From: Planctomycetota bacterium
GTDB taxonomy: Bacteria; Planctomycetota; B15-G4
NCBI GenBank assembly: GCA_029259695.1
Contig: JAJDEQ010000056.1
Location: 30,746-94,745 of the forward strand
Direction of reading: 5' to 3'
Length of the DNA: 64,000 nt
Shown here: positions 1-8,496 of the stretch, one piece after another
Layout of the letters: every line of letters begins with the position of its first letter
Numbering within the stretch: the stretch's first letter is position 1
The notes under the pieces: model-generated
Database searches by the model: none
Seen by the model: only the letters and a program-made list of their open reading frames with translations
Told to the model about the DNA's origin: nothing
Program-made: the position numbers and the translations under genes

Positions 1-2
1 AG

Positions 3-554
3 GCCTACGGGGCCGAACGCGACCCGTCCTACAAGTCGGCCTTCGCCGTCGCACTGGGTCTGCTGGGTGATCGCGCCATGGCGCAGCGGATCCACGACGA
101 CCTCATGGCGAGTCACGATCAGGACTTCCAGGGTTACGCGTGCATCGCCCTGGGACTGCTCGACTACGTGCCTGCCGCGCCCACGCTACGGGCCCTGTGT
201 CGCGACGAGACGATCACGCCGACCCTGCGTCTGCAGACGGCGACGGCCCTCGGCCTGGTCTCGGACCCCGAGGCAGTCGACGTGCTGGTCGAGACGCTGC
301 GTTCGGCCGAGTCTCTCGGCGTCACGGCCGCCGTGGCCCAGGCGCTCGGTCTGATCGGAGACGTGGACTCGATCGCTCCGCTCCAGACGGTGGCTCGGGA
401 CGAGCGACTTCCGGCGTTGTCGCGCGCATTCGCATGCGTCGCACTCGGTCTCGTGGGCGAGCGCACGCGCTACCCCTGGAACACGCCCATCGCCACCGAC
501 AACAACTACGCCGCCAACCTGCCCTCGGTCGCCGAGATCCTCGACATCCTCTGA
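3..554 (+). CDS. HEAT-repeat (PBS-lyase HEAT-like) protein, C-terminal part; 5' end outside the window
   Basis: Frame 3 is open from the window edge to the stop at 552-554; track ORF 78..554 is only the part after the first ATG. Periodic helical repeats of roughly 30 aa carry ALGL-type motifs: ALGLLGD, ALGLLDY, ALGLVSD, ALGLIGD, ALGLVGE. Confidence 0.6.
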   Translation, partial: AYGAERDPSYKSAFAVALGLLGDRAMAQRIHDDLMASHDQDFQGYACIALGLLDYVPAAPTLRALCRDETITPTLRLQTATALGLVSDPEAVDVLVETLRSAESLGVTAAVAQALGLIGDVDSIAPLQTVARDERLPALSRAFACVALGLVGERTRYPWNTPIATDNNYAANLPSVAEILDIL

Positions 555-886
555 GCACGAGGGCGCTCTGCAAGCGACGAGGCGAGCTGCACAGGGCCGG
601 ACTCGTGCAACCTGATGGCGTCATACGGGGCAGCGCCGGTGGCCGGAGGGCTCACCCGACCGGCCCACGCGAGTTTCGTGCAGAGCCGGGCCGAAATCGC
701 GTTCGAATTCGTGCGCCAACTCGCTTGGGTTGATGCAACTCCCTGTTGGTTTCCTGACCACCCGACCACAGGCCCCAGTTCGCGGCAATCACGATGGCGA
801 CGAGTCCCTATGCTCGTCGTTCTCGGGGCCGCGGCCGTTGGGACGGTCGCGGTCCGGCGAGCTGGTGCCCGTCCGGAATCCTCGAC

Positions 887-1762
887 ATGTCCAACGAAGA
901 CCCGTTCCCGGCCCCCGAGCCGGATGACCTGCGCCCGAGCGAGCAGCCCGATCTGCCGCCGAGTTCCGGTCCTTCCGACGCCAGCCCCGGAAGTCCCGAG
1001 GCCGGCGCCGACCCGATGGCGGATGCCGCGTCTTTCGCCGGCAGCCTCGGTCCCTCCAGCGTGGCCCATGTGAAGCGACCCGAGGTCGCGGCGCGTGTGG
1101 CTGCCCTGATCCGGCAGGGGCGCTCGCCGCGCGATGCCGTGCTGTGCATGGTGCACGCCGGGATCGAAGACGACCCCGACGGACTCGGCAACGAGTTCGC
1201 GGACTTCCTCTTCCCGCTGGTCGAACGCCGCGGTGGCAGCGCGCGCACGTTGCGTCGCAAGACACCGCTGCGGCGCATCATGGAGACGAGCGACCTGGCG
1301 AACTCGGTCTTCCTGCGCCTCTGGCCCGAGATCACGTCGTTCGAGTTCCAGACGCTGGACCAGTTCATCGCGCTCTTCGTGCAGCGCATGGAGTATCGGG
1401 CCGGTGATCACGCGCGCCGGGCCATGGCCGAGAAGCGTTCGGAGGACCGGCGTCTGCCGGCCCAGCCGGATGAACTCGGCCAGCAGGAGCTGTCGCGCGT
1501 GGCCGGGCAGACCGCTGCGTCGCCGCTCGAGCAGATGGAGCGCCGAGAGCTGGAGGAGTTGCTCGAGCTCGTGCGCGCCCAGTTGTCCGAGCGCGAGCGC
1601 GAGCTCATCGCCTATCGCCAGCTCGGCTACTCGATGCGCGAGATCGCCGAGCTGATGGGCTTCCCCTCGCCGGACGCGGCGCGCTCGGCGTACGGACGTG
1701 CGCGCAAGCACGCGCGGTCGGAGCTCAGGCGATTGCTTCCGCCCGACGGCCGCGACGAGTAA
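887..1762 (+). CDS. ECF-type RNA polymerase sigma factor (sigma-70 family) with long N-terminal extension
   Basis: C-terminal region-4 HTH 'LSERERELIAYRQLGYSMREIAELMGFPSPDAARSAYGRARKHARSEL'. Region-2-like 'DLANSVFLRLWPEI'. ATG at 887 chosen over ATG 794 because residues 794-886 are R/G/W-rich; start is uncertain. Confidence 0.7.
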   Translation: MSNEDPFPAPEPDDLRPSEQPDLPPSSGPSDASPGSPEAGADPMADAASFAGSLGPSSVAHVKRPEVAARVAALIRQGRSPRDAVLCMVHAGIEDDPDGLGNEFADFLFPLVERRGGSARTLRRKTPLRRIMETSDLANSVFLRLWPEITSFEFQTLDQFIALFVQRMEYRAGDHARRAMAEKRSEDRRLPAQPDELGQQELSRVAGQTAASPLEQMERRELEELLELVRAQLSERERELIAYRQLGYSMREIAELMGFPSPDAARSAYGRARKHARSELRRLLPPDGRDE

Positions 1763-2218
1763 GTCCGGCCTCGCACCCGGTCGAGCGCGTCGGCCTTGGT
1801 GTGCGTGCTCACGTCGCGGGGAGAGCGCTCGATTCGCGGCCAGGCAGTACGCCTGCAACGGCCTGGGTCTTGACCATCACTTCCCTGACCAAACTAGAGA
1901 GAGTCGATCTGGAGAACAGCCACGAATGAGCTCCCCGTGATCCGGAGTCGGAGAGAGGTCGCAAGCTTCGACCGCCTTCGGATCGTGAGGGATCCTACGA
2001 GTCGATGCCGGGTTTGATCAAGTCGCGTTCGAGGTGACGTTCTGTACAGCGCAGGTTCGAGTGCGCTGAGCGTCGCAGCTCGTCACCCCTGAACGGGCGC
2101 TTCGAAGACCTTCGGTGTCGTCGGTGGGAGCGGTCCGCACGCCGGGCCGTTCCTCACCGGCCGCTCGCGGGCGCCCAGCTCACACGTGGTGGCTTCTCCC
2201 TGCAGAGAGAGAGCTTCC

Positions 2219-3751
2219 ATGAGTCTTGCATCGAAGTGCGTTTGTGTCCTGGTCGTCTGGTTCGCGGCCACGGTTCCCGCCCGGGCGCAGATGGTCGAGC
2301 TGGTCGTCGGTCTTCCGGCGCTGCCCGACATGGGGCGCTCGATCGGTGACATCGACAACGATGCTGTCCCCGATCTGGCCGTTGGCCTGCCCCGCGATGA
2401 CACCTTCGGCACGGACGTCGGGCGCGTCCTGCTCTACTCCGGTGACGACCTGTTGTGCTTGTGCGAGCTCCCGGGGAGCAGCGCGGGCGCCGAGTTCGGG
2501 GCGAGCATCACGCGCAGCGTGGACTGGAACGCGGACGGCATCGAGGACTTCGCCGTCGGTGCCCCTGGCCGGGACACGGTGGTGATCCTCTCCGCCTACG
2601 ACGGCACGCCGTTGCACGAGATCACCGGGCCCGTGGGCAGTCGCTTCGGCGAGGCCCTGGATCGTATCGGCGATTGGGACGGGGACGGTGTCGACGACCT
2701 GATCATCGGCGCGCCCCAGGCCGGGGGCGGAGACGGCGCGGCGTATCTGTCGTCCGGCGTCGACGGCAGCACGATCGAAGTCTATCTGGGTGATCCGGGC
2801 TCCGAGCTGGGCTCCGTCGTCGTCGGCGGCGTCGACCTCGTGCCGAACACCGAGCCGGTGCCGATCGTCACCGGTCCGGCGGCCGACTACGCCATGCTGC
2901 TCGTGGCTCTCGAAGAGCCTCCGATCGTGGTGACCGGCGATGCACCGGGCGACCAGTTCGGCCGCGCGGCGACCAACGTCGGTGACGTGGATGGTGACGA
3001 CGTCAGCGACGTCCTGATCGGATCGGACGCGGGCTACGCACGCCTGCTCTCCGGTGCCGATGGCGCCGAGCTGCTGGATCTCGTCGGTGCGACGAGTGGG
3101 ACCGGGTTCGGTCGGCGTGTGGCGGCGGTCGGTGACCTCGACGGGGACGGCGTCCCCGATCTGGCCATCACGGAGTCGGGCGCAGACGACGCGGCGCTCG
3201 ATGCCGGCGCGATCCACGTCCTGAGCGGCGCGGACGGAGCGCTGATCGAGACGGTGTCGGGCCCCGAGGCGGACGCGCGCCTGGGCGATGTCTTCGCTGC
3301 CATGGGCGACGTGGACGGCGACGGTCTCGGCGACCTGCTCATGTCCTCGGCCGTGGGTCCTGAAGTGCGCGTCGTGTCGTTCACGCCGTGGGCGGACGAG
3401 CGCGTGGGTGTCTCCGGAGCCAGCGGCGCGCCGGCGCTCGTGGGGCAAGGCGCCCTGGCCGCGGGAGCCGAGGTGACGCTGGTCCTGCAGGTGGCGCGCG
3501 CGTCACGCAGCGTCGAGCTGGTGATCGGTTCGGCGCTGGAGCACGACGCGCTGCGGGACGTCGACGTCCCGGTGAGCGAGGTCGTGCTCGGCGGGCTGGC
3601 GACGGACGCCGAAGGCCGTCTCGCATACGTCTACACGCTGCCGACGGACCTGCTTCCCGGCGACAAGCTGTACTTCCAGATGTGGATCGACGACGACACG
3701 GCCGAGCACGGTCTCGCGTTGTCGAACGTCATCTCGGGGACGGCGCGCTGA
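2219..3751 (+). CDS. Secreted FG-GAP (integrin-alpha-like / VCBS) repeat protein, 510 aa
   Basis: Signal-peptide-like N-terminus 'MSLASKCVCVLVVWFAATVPARAQ'. Repeated Ca-binding FG-GAP cores: 'DWNADGIEDFAVGAP', 'GDWDGDGVDDLIIGAP', 'GDVDGDDVSDVLIGS', 'GDLDGDGVPDLAITE', 'GDVDGDGLGDLLMSS'. Confidence 0.8.
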   Translation: MSLASKCVCVLVVWFAATVPARAQMVELVVGLPALPDMGRSIGDIDNDAVPDLAVGLPRDDTFGTDVGRVLLYSGDDLLCLCELPGSSAGAEFGASITRSVDWNADGIEDFAVGAPGRDTVVILSAYDGTPLHEITGPVGSRFGEALDRIGDWDGDGVDDLIIGAPQAGGGDGAAYLSSGVDGSTIEVYLGDPGSELGSVVVGGVDLVPNTEPVPIVTGPAADYAMLLVALEEPPIVVTGDAPGDQFGRAATNVGDVDGDDVSDVLIGSDAGYARLLSGADGAELLDLVGATSGTGFGRRVAAVGDLDGDGVPDLAITESGADDAALDAGAIHVLSGADGALIETVSGPEADARLGDVFAAMGDVDGDGLGDLLMSSAVGPEVRVVSFTPWADERVGVSGASGAPALVGQGALAAGAEVTLVLQVARASRSVELVIGSALEHDALRDVDVPVSEVVLGGLATDAEGRLAYVYTLPTDLLPGDKLYFQMWIDDDTAEHGLALSNVISGTAR

Positions 3752-3771
3752 CGGGGCGCACCGGCAACGGG

Positions 3772-6216
3772 TCATGCGTCGTTGCGGCGGCGCATGGCCC
3801 GGGCCCGATCCCGGTCGCCGCGCTGCTCGTGGAGTTCGGCCAGTTCGAGCCGGAGCTCGTTGCAGAACCCTGCGGCACGCCGGCCCTCCGCGACGTAGTC
3901 CTCGAACACGGCGGCGAGCCTCACGAGCGCATCGTCTGCGCGCTCCTGCGCGATCTCGGCGCGGCCCAGGTAGTGCTTCAGGCGAGCCACCACGAGGGGG
4001 TCGGCGCCCTGGGAGAGCCTCGCGTTCTCCAGGGCGTCGAGGGCGCAGCGCTCAGCCTCCGGCGCGCGGTCGCGCTTGAGCAGGTACTGACACAGGTTCG
4101 TCTGCACGCTGACCATGCGGTTGTGCGCGGGGCGCTTCAGCAGCCTGAGTCGTCGGTCGGCTTCCTCGAGCAGGAGGCCGGCCTCGTCGATGCGTTGCTC
4201 CGACATGAGCAGCCCGGCCAGGTTGCTCATGGTCGTGAGCGTGTCCGGGTGATCGCGGCCGAGCACGTTCGTCTGCCGTTCGAGGGTCTGCGCGAGGAGA
4301 TCGGTGTCGCGCAGCATGCCGCCCAGGTCGGTGGCGGTGATCAAGGTCTGTTTGTGGTCGGGTCCGTCGAGGTGCAGCCAGGTCTCGTGGACGGTGCGCA
4401 TGATCTCGAGGGCACGCTCGCCGAAGTCCATCTTGTCCAGCAACTGGGCCAGGCTGTGCATGGTGTTGAGCGTGTCGGGATCGTCGTGTCCGAGGACTTC
4501 CCGCTGGCCGCGGAGTGCGCGCTCGTAGAGTGGGAGGGCCTCTTCGCGGTGTCCGGACTTGTGCAGGGCTTCGGCCAGGAAGAAGGTCGTCAGCATGGTG
4601 TCCTGACGCAGCTCTCCTCCGCGCAGACGGTGTTGGTTCCGGAGCGTGTCGCGCAGCAGTTCGATCGCTGCGGTGTGATCACCCAGGAAGTCGAGCCCGT
4701 GCCCCAGCTCGGTCGCGGCGACGAGCGTCCGTTCGTCCTCGGGGCCGTAGAGTTCGCGGCGTACGTCGTACGCTCGTCGCAGCAACGCGACGCCCTGCTC
4801 GTACGGTGTGAGCCGCAGGTAGATCCTGCCGAGGGCATAGGCGAGATCCGTACCCGGTCGGTCGAGCGGCTCCGGTTCGTCGAGCAGTCGGCTCGCCGCG
4901 CGGTCGAGCAACACGCGCAGATCGACCGTGCGGCCCTGGGCGTTGACGGGGTCGATCGCTTCGAAGGTCGAGATCAGGAAGCGAGCGACCTGGTCACTCT
5001 CCTTCCGGGCCTGGCGCTCCCGACGGCCCAGTTCGCTGGCGTCCTCCAAGTAGTCCCCGAGTGCTTGCGCCAGGCGCCGTGCCGACTGGTGGCGGGCCTC
5101 GGGGGCGGGGGCCAGCGCGGTCTCGCAGATCAGCACGAGTGCCGCCGGAGCACCGGGGTTGAGCATCGTGATCGGCGTGGGGCGCGGAGCGGAGAGTTCC
5201 GGGTCCGGCGTCGACGGCGGCGACTGGGCGGCAATCGGGTCGCAGAAGGGCGCACTGCCGGCGAGCAGCAGGTAGAGCAACGCGCCGAGTGAGTAGATGT
5301 CGGAGCGTTCGTCGGCGGCGCGGCCATCGTCCGTGATCTCGGGGGCCACGAAGGGCAGCACGCCACGCAGCCGCTTCTCGGAGTAGGTCGGGATCCGTTC
5401 GTCCGCCGGGACGAGGTCGTTGCCGCCTTGCTTCCAGAGCAGCGGGCGGAGGATGCGCGCCAGTCCCCAGTCGATGACGAAGGGCTCGGCGTTGGTCTGC
5501 ACGTACACGTTGCGCGGCTGGATGTCGCGGTGGATCACGCCCCGGTCGTGAGCATGGGCGACGGCCTCGCAGATCCGCCTGACGACGCCCACCGCTCGAT
5601 GCAGCGACCAGCCATCGTGCTGCGCGTGGACCTGAGCGGCGATGTCCCCGAACTCCGCGCCCTCGACGAGCTTCATCACGAAGTAGGGCCGCTCCTCGTG
5701 GACCCCGAACTCGTGCACCGGCGGGATGCCGGGGTGGTCGAGGCCGGCGCTGATCACCGCTTCGTGGACGAAGACGTGCTGATCGGCCGCCGAGCGCGGC
5801 GTCTTCCTGGCGAGGATGCGTTGCAGGATCCGGTCGCGGACCCTGTGGACGCGCCCCATACCGCCCTTGCCGAGCTCTTCGAGGACTTCGTAGCGTTGCT
5901 CGAAGTCGTGCCGTGCACCGAGCCGTTCGAGGAGTGCGTCGATGATGCCCGAGGCCTCACCGCGAGCGCCTGCGGCGTGCGGCGGGGAGGCGTCGGCCCG
6001 GGGCGACAGGGGCTGCGTGGATCGGTCCAGCTCACGCAGCATCTCGCGCGCCGTCTTGGCGCCGGTCAGTGCCCGCAGGTTGCGCGCCAGTGCCGGGGAC
6101 GCAGGTTCCAGCTGCCGTCGCTCGACTTCGCTCAACAGACGGCGGGCCAGCCCCGGTGTCCCACCATCCAGTCCCACCGAACGCAGGTAGGCCCTGACTT
6201 CGTGCGGACCGTTCAT
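3772..6216 (-). CDS. Hanks-type Ser/Thr protein kinase with C-terminal TPR repeat array, 814 aa
   Basis: Kinase motifs: G-loop 'LGKGGMGRV', catalytic loop 'HRDIQPRNV', 'DWGLA' (DFG variant), 'FVAPEI'. The C-terminal ~430 aa show TPR_10/12-like periodicity ('HPDTLTTMSNLAGLL', 'DPDTLNTMHSLAQLL'). Confidence 0.85.
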   Translation of the reverse strand: MNGPHEVRAYLRSVGLDGGTPGLARRLLSEVERRQLEPASPALARNLRALTGAKTAREMLRELDRSTQPLSPRADASPPHAAGARGEASGIIDALLERLGARHDFEQRYEVLEELGKGGMGRVHRVRDRILQRILARKTPRSAADQHVFVHEAVISAGLDHPGIPPVHEFGVHEERPYFVMKLVEGAEFGDIAAQVHAQHDGWSLHRAVGVVRRICEAVAHAHDRGVIHRDIQPRNVYVQTNAEPFVIDWGLARILRPLLWKQGGNDLVPADERIPTYSEKRLRGVLPFVAPEITDDGRAADERSDIYSLGALLYLLLAGSAPFCDPIAAQSPPSTPDPELSAPRPTPITMLNPGAPAALVLICETALAPAPEARHQSARRLAQALGDYLEDASELGRRERQARKESDQVARFLISTFEAIDPVNAQGRTVDLRVLLDRAASRLLDEPEPLDRPGTDLAYALGRIYLRLTPYEQGVALLRRAYDVRRELYGPEDERTLVAATELGHGLDFLGDHTAAIELLRDTLRNQHRLRGGELRQDTMLTTFFLAEALHKSGHREEALPLYERALRGQREVLGHDDPDTLNTMHSLAQLLDKMDFGERALEIMRTVHETWLHLDGPDHKQTLITATDLGGMLRDTDLLAQTLERQTNVLGRDHPDTLTTMSNLAGLLMSEQRIDEAGLLLEEADRRLRLLKRPAHNRMVSVQTNLCQYLLKRDRAPEAERCALDALENARLSQGADPLVVARLKHYLGRAEIAQERADDALVRLAAVFEDYVAEGRRAAGFCNELRLELAELHEQRGDRDRARAMRRRNDA

Positions 6217-6238
6217 CGTGGGGCCTCGGCGGGGTGCT

Positions 6239-6574
6239 TCACGAACCCAGCCCCCGCGCCAGCTGATCGTCGTCGTCCTCGACAGCGGGGGGGCGGAGAG
6301 TGGGGCGGCGACCCGACGCCGCCTCGATCAGGCGTTCGAGTTCGCGCCGAGCCATCGCCGGGAGGTTGGCCGCGCTCAGTCCGGGTGGGGGGGACGCGAG
6401 CATGTTCACGACCGCGTCGAAGACGAAGTCATCCGGAGCGCGGCCGCCGATGCGTGCGCATCGGCCGGGCACCCAGCCCATGCGGTGCGCCGCATGGGCC
6501 GTGAGTCCATCGAGGAGTTCGCGCAGGCCCTCGCCCCGAAAGGCGGCCCACGGATCGTCGGGTTGTTGATTCAT
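6239..6574 (-). CDS. Hypothetical 111-aa protein immediately upstream of the TPR kinase
   Basis: This is the C-terminal 111 codons of the long antisense-looking ORF 6239..8188. ATG at 6574-6572. Composition is normal after this ATG ('MNQQPDDPWAAFRGEGLRELLDGL...'). Its stop lies 22 nt before the kinase start, suggesting co-transcription. No recognisable domain. Confidence 0.4.
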   Translation of the reverse strand: MNQQPDDPWAAFRGEGLRELLDGLTAHAAHRMGWVPGRCARIGGRAPDDFVFDAVVNMLASPPPGLSAANLPAMARRELERLIEAASGRRPTLRPPAVEDDDDQLARGLGS

Positions 6575-6877
6575 GGCCAAGGGCCCACCCTGCCCGGCCC
6601 GCGCCTCGCGGCGCTGCTCGTGATGTGGCGCATCTTCCCCCGTGCCCGCGGGCTCCCTCGCTCCCCGGCGCTGGCGGTGATCATAAGCCGATTCGCCACT
6701 CGCGTGGGCGCGTCGGTGGCGCACGCTGCCGCGACCCGCACCAAGTCGGAGCACACCGCGGGGGCGGGTGCCTCTATACTTCGGCTCGTCCTGGGCGAAT
6801 TCCGTCCCTCCCGCCCGAACGTCGGGGGGTGCTCGTCCGGGCTCCGCCGGCAGTGCACTCGACCTCGGGAGGCGAGC

Positions 6878-8479
6878 ATGGGCCCAGTCAGGGGTGACCT
6901 CGGTCCGTTCACACAGAACGGATCCCGCACGCGACGACGTCGGTGGGGGCGACCGGGAAGGCTGGGGCTTGCAAGCGCCCTGGCGTTCGCGCTGCTCGCG
7001 CCGGCCGAACCGGCGGCCCAGCAAGTGGGGACCGACGCGCGTGTCGACACCGGCCCCGCAGGGCTCTCCACCTCGACGGTGCCGCGCATCACGGGCACCG
7101 GCGACGACGCGCTGCACATGGTCTGGCAGGACTACCGCGATCCCGAGTGGGCGATCTACTACCGCCGGGCGCGCAACTTCGGCGCGACGCTGAACACCAG
7201 TGACGTCAAGCTGAGCACGGCGGGCAACGCCTCGGCGCCGGAGATCGCCACCGACGGGATCGCGCATCTCTACGCGGTGTGGCACAAGTTCAACGGCGAC
7301 ACGGAGCGGATCCGGTTCGCGCGCTCGGTCGACGCGGGCACGACATGGAGCGTGCCGGTCACGCTCAACACGCCCTCGGGCTACGCCAGCGAACCCGAGA
7401 TCTGTGCCGATGACGGCGGGCGGGTGTTTGTGGTCTGGGCTCAGAACAACGGCTTGCAGGACCAGGTCTACCTGGTGGCGTCGGCCGACTGGGGAGCGTC
7501 GTTCACGAACCAGATGGTCGTCAACTCCACGCCGCTCGGTCACTCCGAGGGGCCACGTGTGGCCTGTGATGGGACGGGCAAGGCCTACGTCGCGTACCTG
7601 GACCGCCGCTTCGGCGAACACGACGTGTTCACGCGCTCGTGGGTCGCAGGCTTCGGCTTCGGGCCGGACCAACTGATCGAGTCGGTCGACGACCCGGCCA
7701 GTGGTGTGCAGATCGTGGCCGACAAGGCCGGCGGCAGCGGTCTGGTCATGGTGGCCTGGGTCTCCTTCAGCACTTCCGGGTCGGCGCTCGAGACCTGCCT
7801 CTACTCCAACTGGTCGCTCGACCACGGACTCAACTACCAGCCGTCCGAGGTGGCGGTCAGTGGTGCCTGCTCGCCCCCGCCGGGTGGCACGGTGCCGCTC
7901 TTCCTCGAGGTCGATCTCGAGACGACCCACGACGCGAGCACGTCCACGACCCGTGTGCACGCGCTCTACGGACGCGTCGACCTGCCTCCGGCGGCGCTCC
8001 CCACGCCGACCCTCGTGCTCAGCAACGTCTTCACGGCGTCGGCGCTCGGGCAGGCCTGGGGCACCGAGATGCAACTCAGTCAGGGCGGTGCCCCGTACCC
8101 CGAGAAGGGCATCGTGTTCGCGTTGCCGCGCGCGCAGGTCACGGCGGACGTGAACGACCCCGACAAGCTGTTCGCCACGTGGATGCACGCCGATCCGGGC
8201 TTCGGGGTCTGGTTCGACATCCAGGCCTGCTGGTCGGTGGACGCGGGCGCGAACTGGACGTTGCCGGTGAGCATCACCACCAAGCCCGCCGGCCCCGGCA
8301 CGTCACGCTCGGCCTACCCGCAGCTCTGGTCGCGCGAGCGGCGGGCCGCGGTGGTGTGGGATGACCGCCGTTCGTGGACCCTGCCCGAGAACCTCCCGCC
8401 GGGCGATCCCCACGTGGGCCAGGTGCCGATCGGGGCGCCCGACATCTACATGAACGTCATCGACCTGACGCAGCGTTGA
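6878..8479 (+). CDS. Secreted BNR/Asp-box repeat (sialidase-like beta-propeller) protein, 533 aa
   Basis: Asp-box motifs S-x-D-x-G-x-(T/S)-(W/F): 'SVDAGTTWS', 'SADWGASFT', 'SVDAGANWT'. Signal-like 'RLGLASALAFALLAPAEPAAQQ' follows ATG 6878. Track ORF 6218..8479 extends upstream through R/G-rich sequence that overlaps the divergent gene. Confidence 0.7.
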   Translation: MGPVRGDLGPFTQNGSRTRRRRWGRPGRLGLASALAFALLAPAEPAAQQVGTDARVDTGPAGLSTSTVPRITGTGDDALHMVWQDYRDPEWAIYYRRARNFGATLNTSDVKLSTAGNASAPEIATDGIAHLYAVWHKFNGDTERIRFARSVDAGTTWSVPVTLNTPSGYASEPEICADDGGRVFVVWAQNNGLQDQVYLVASADWGASFTNQMVVNSTPLGHSEGPRVACDGTGKAYVAYLDRRFGEHDVFTRSWVAGFGFGPDQLIESVDDPASGVQIVADKAGGSGLVMVAWVSFSTSGSALETCLYSNWSLDHGLNYQPSEVAVSGACSPPPGGTVPLFLEVDLETTHDASTSTTRVHALYGRVDLPPAALPTPTLVLSNVFTASALGQAWGTEMQLSQGGAPYPEKGIVFALPRAQVTADVNDPDKLFATWMHADPGFGVWFDIQACWSVDAGANWTLPVSITTKPAGPGTSRSAYPQLWSRERRAAVVWDDRRSWTLPENLPPGDPHVGQVPIGAPDIYMNVIDLTQR

Positions 8480-8496
8480 GACCTGAGAGCGAACCC

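Noticed and set aside
2048-2067. A hairpin with a GGTTCGAG loop, resembling a tRNA T-arm
   Set aside because: The loop is 8 nt and the stem 6 bp, which is not the 5-bp/7-nt T-arm. No complementary acceptor stem, anticodon arm or D-arm can be found in the flanking ~80 nt.
6239-6574. The small protein upstream of the TPR kinase as a truncated ECF sigma factor
   Set aside because: There is only a vague resemblance ('LLDGLTAHAAHRM') to the region-2 context of planctomycete-type ECF sigmas. No region 4 HTH is present, so the evidence is insufficient.
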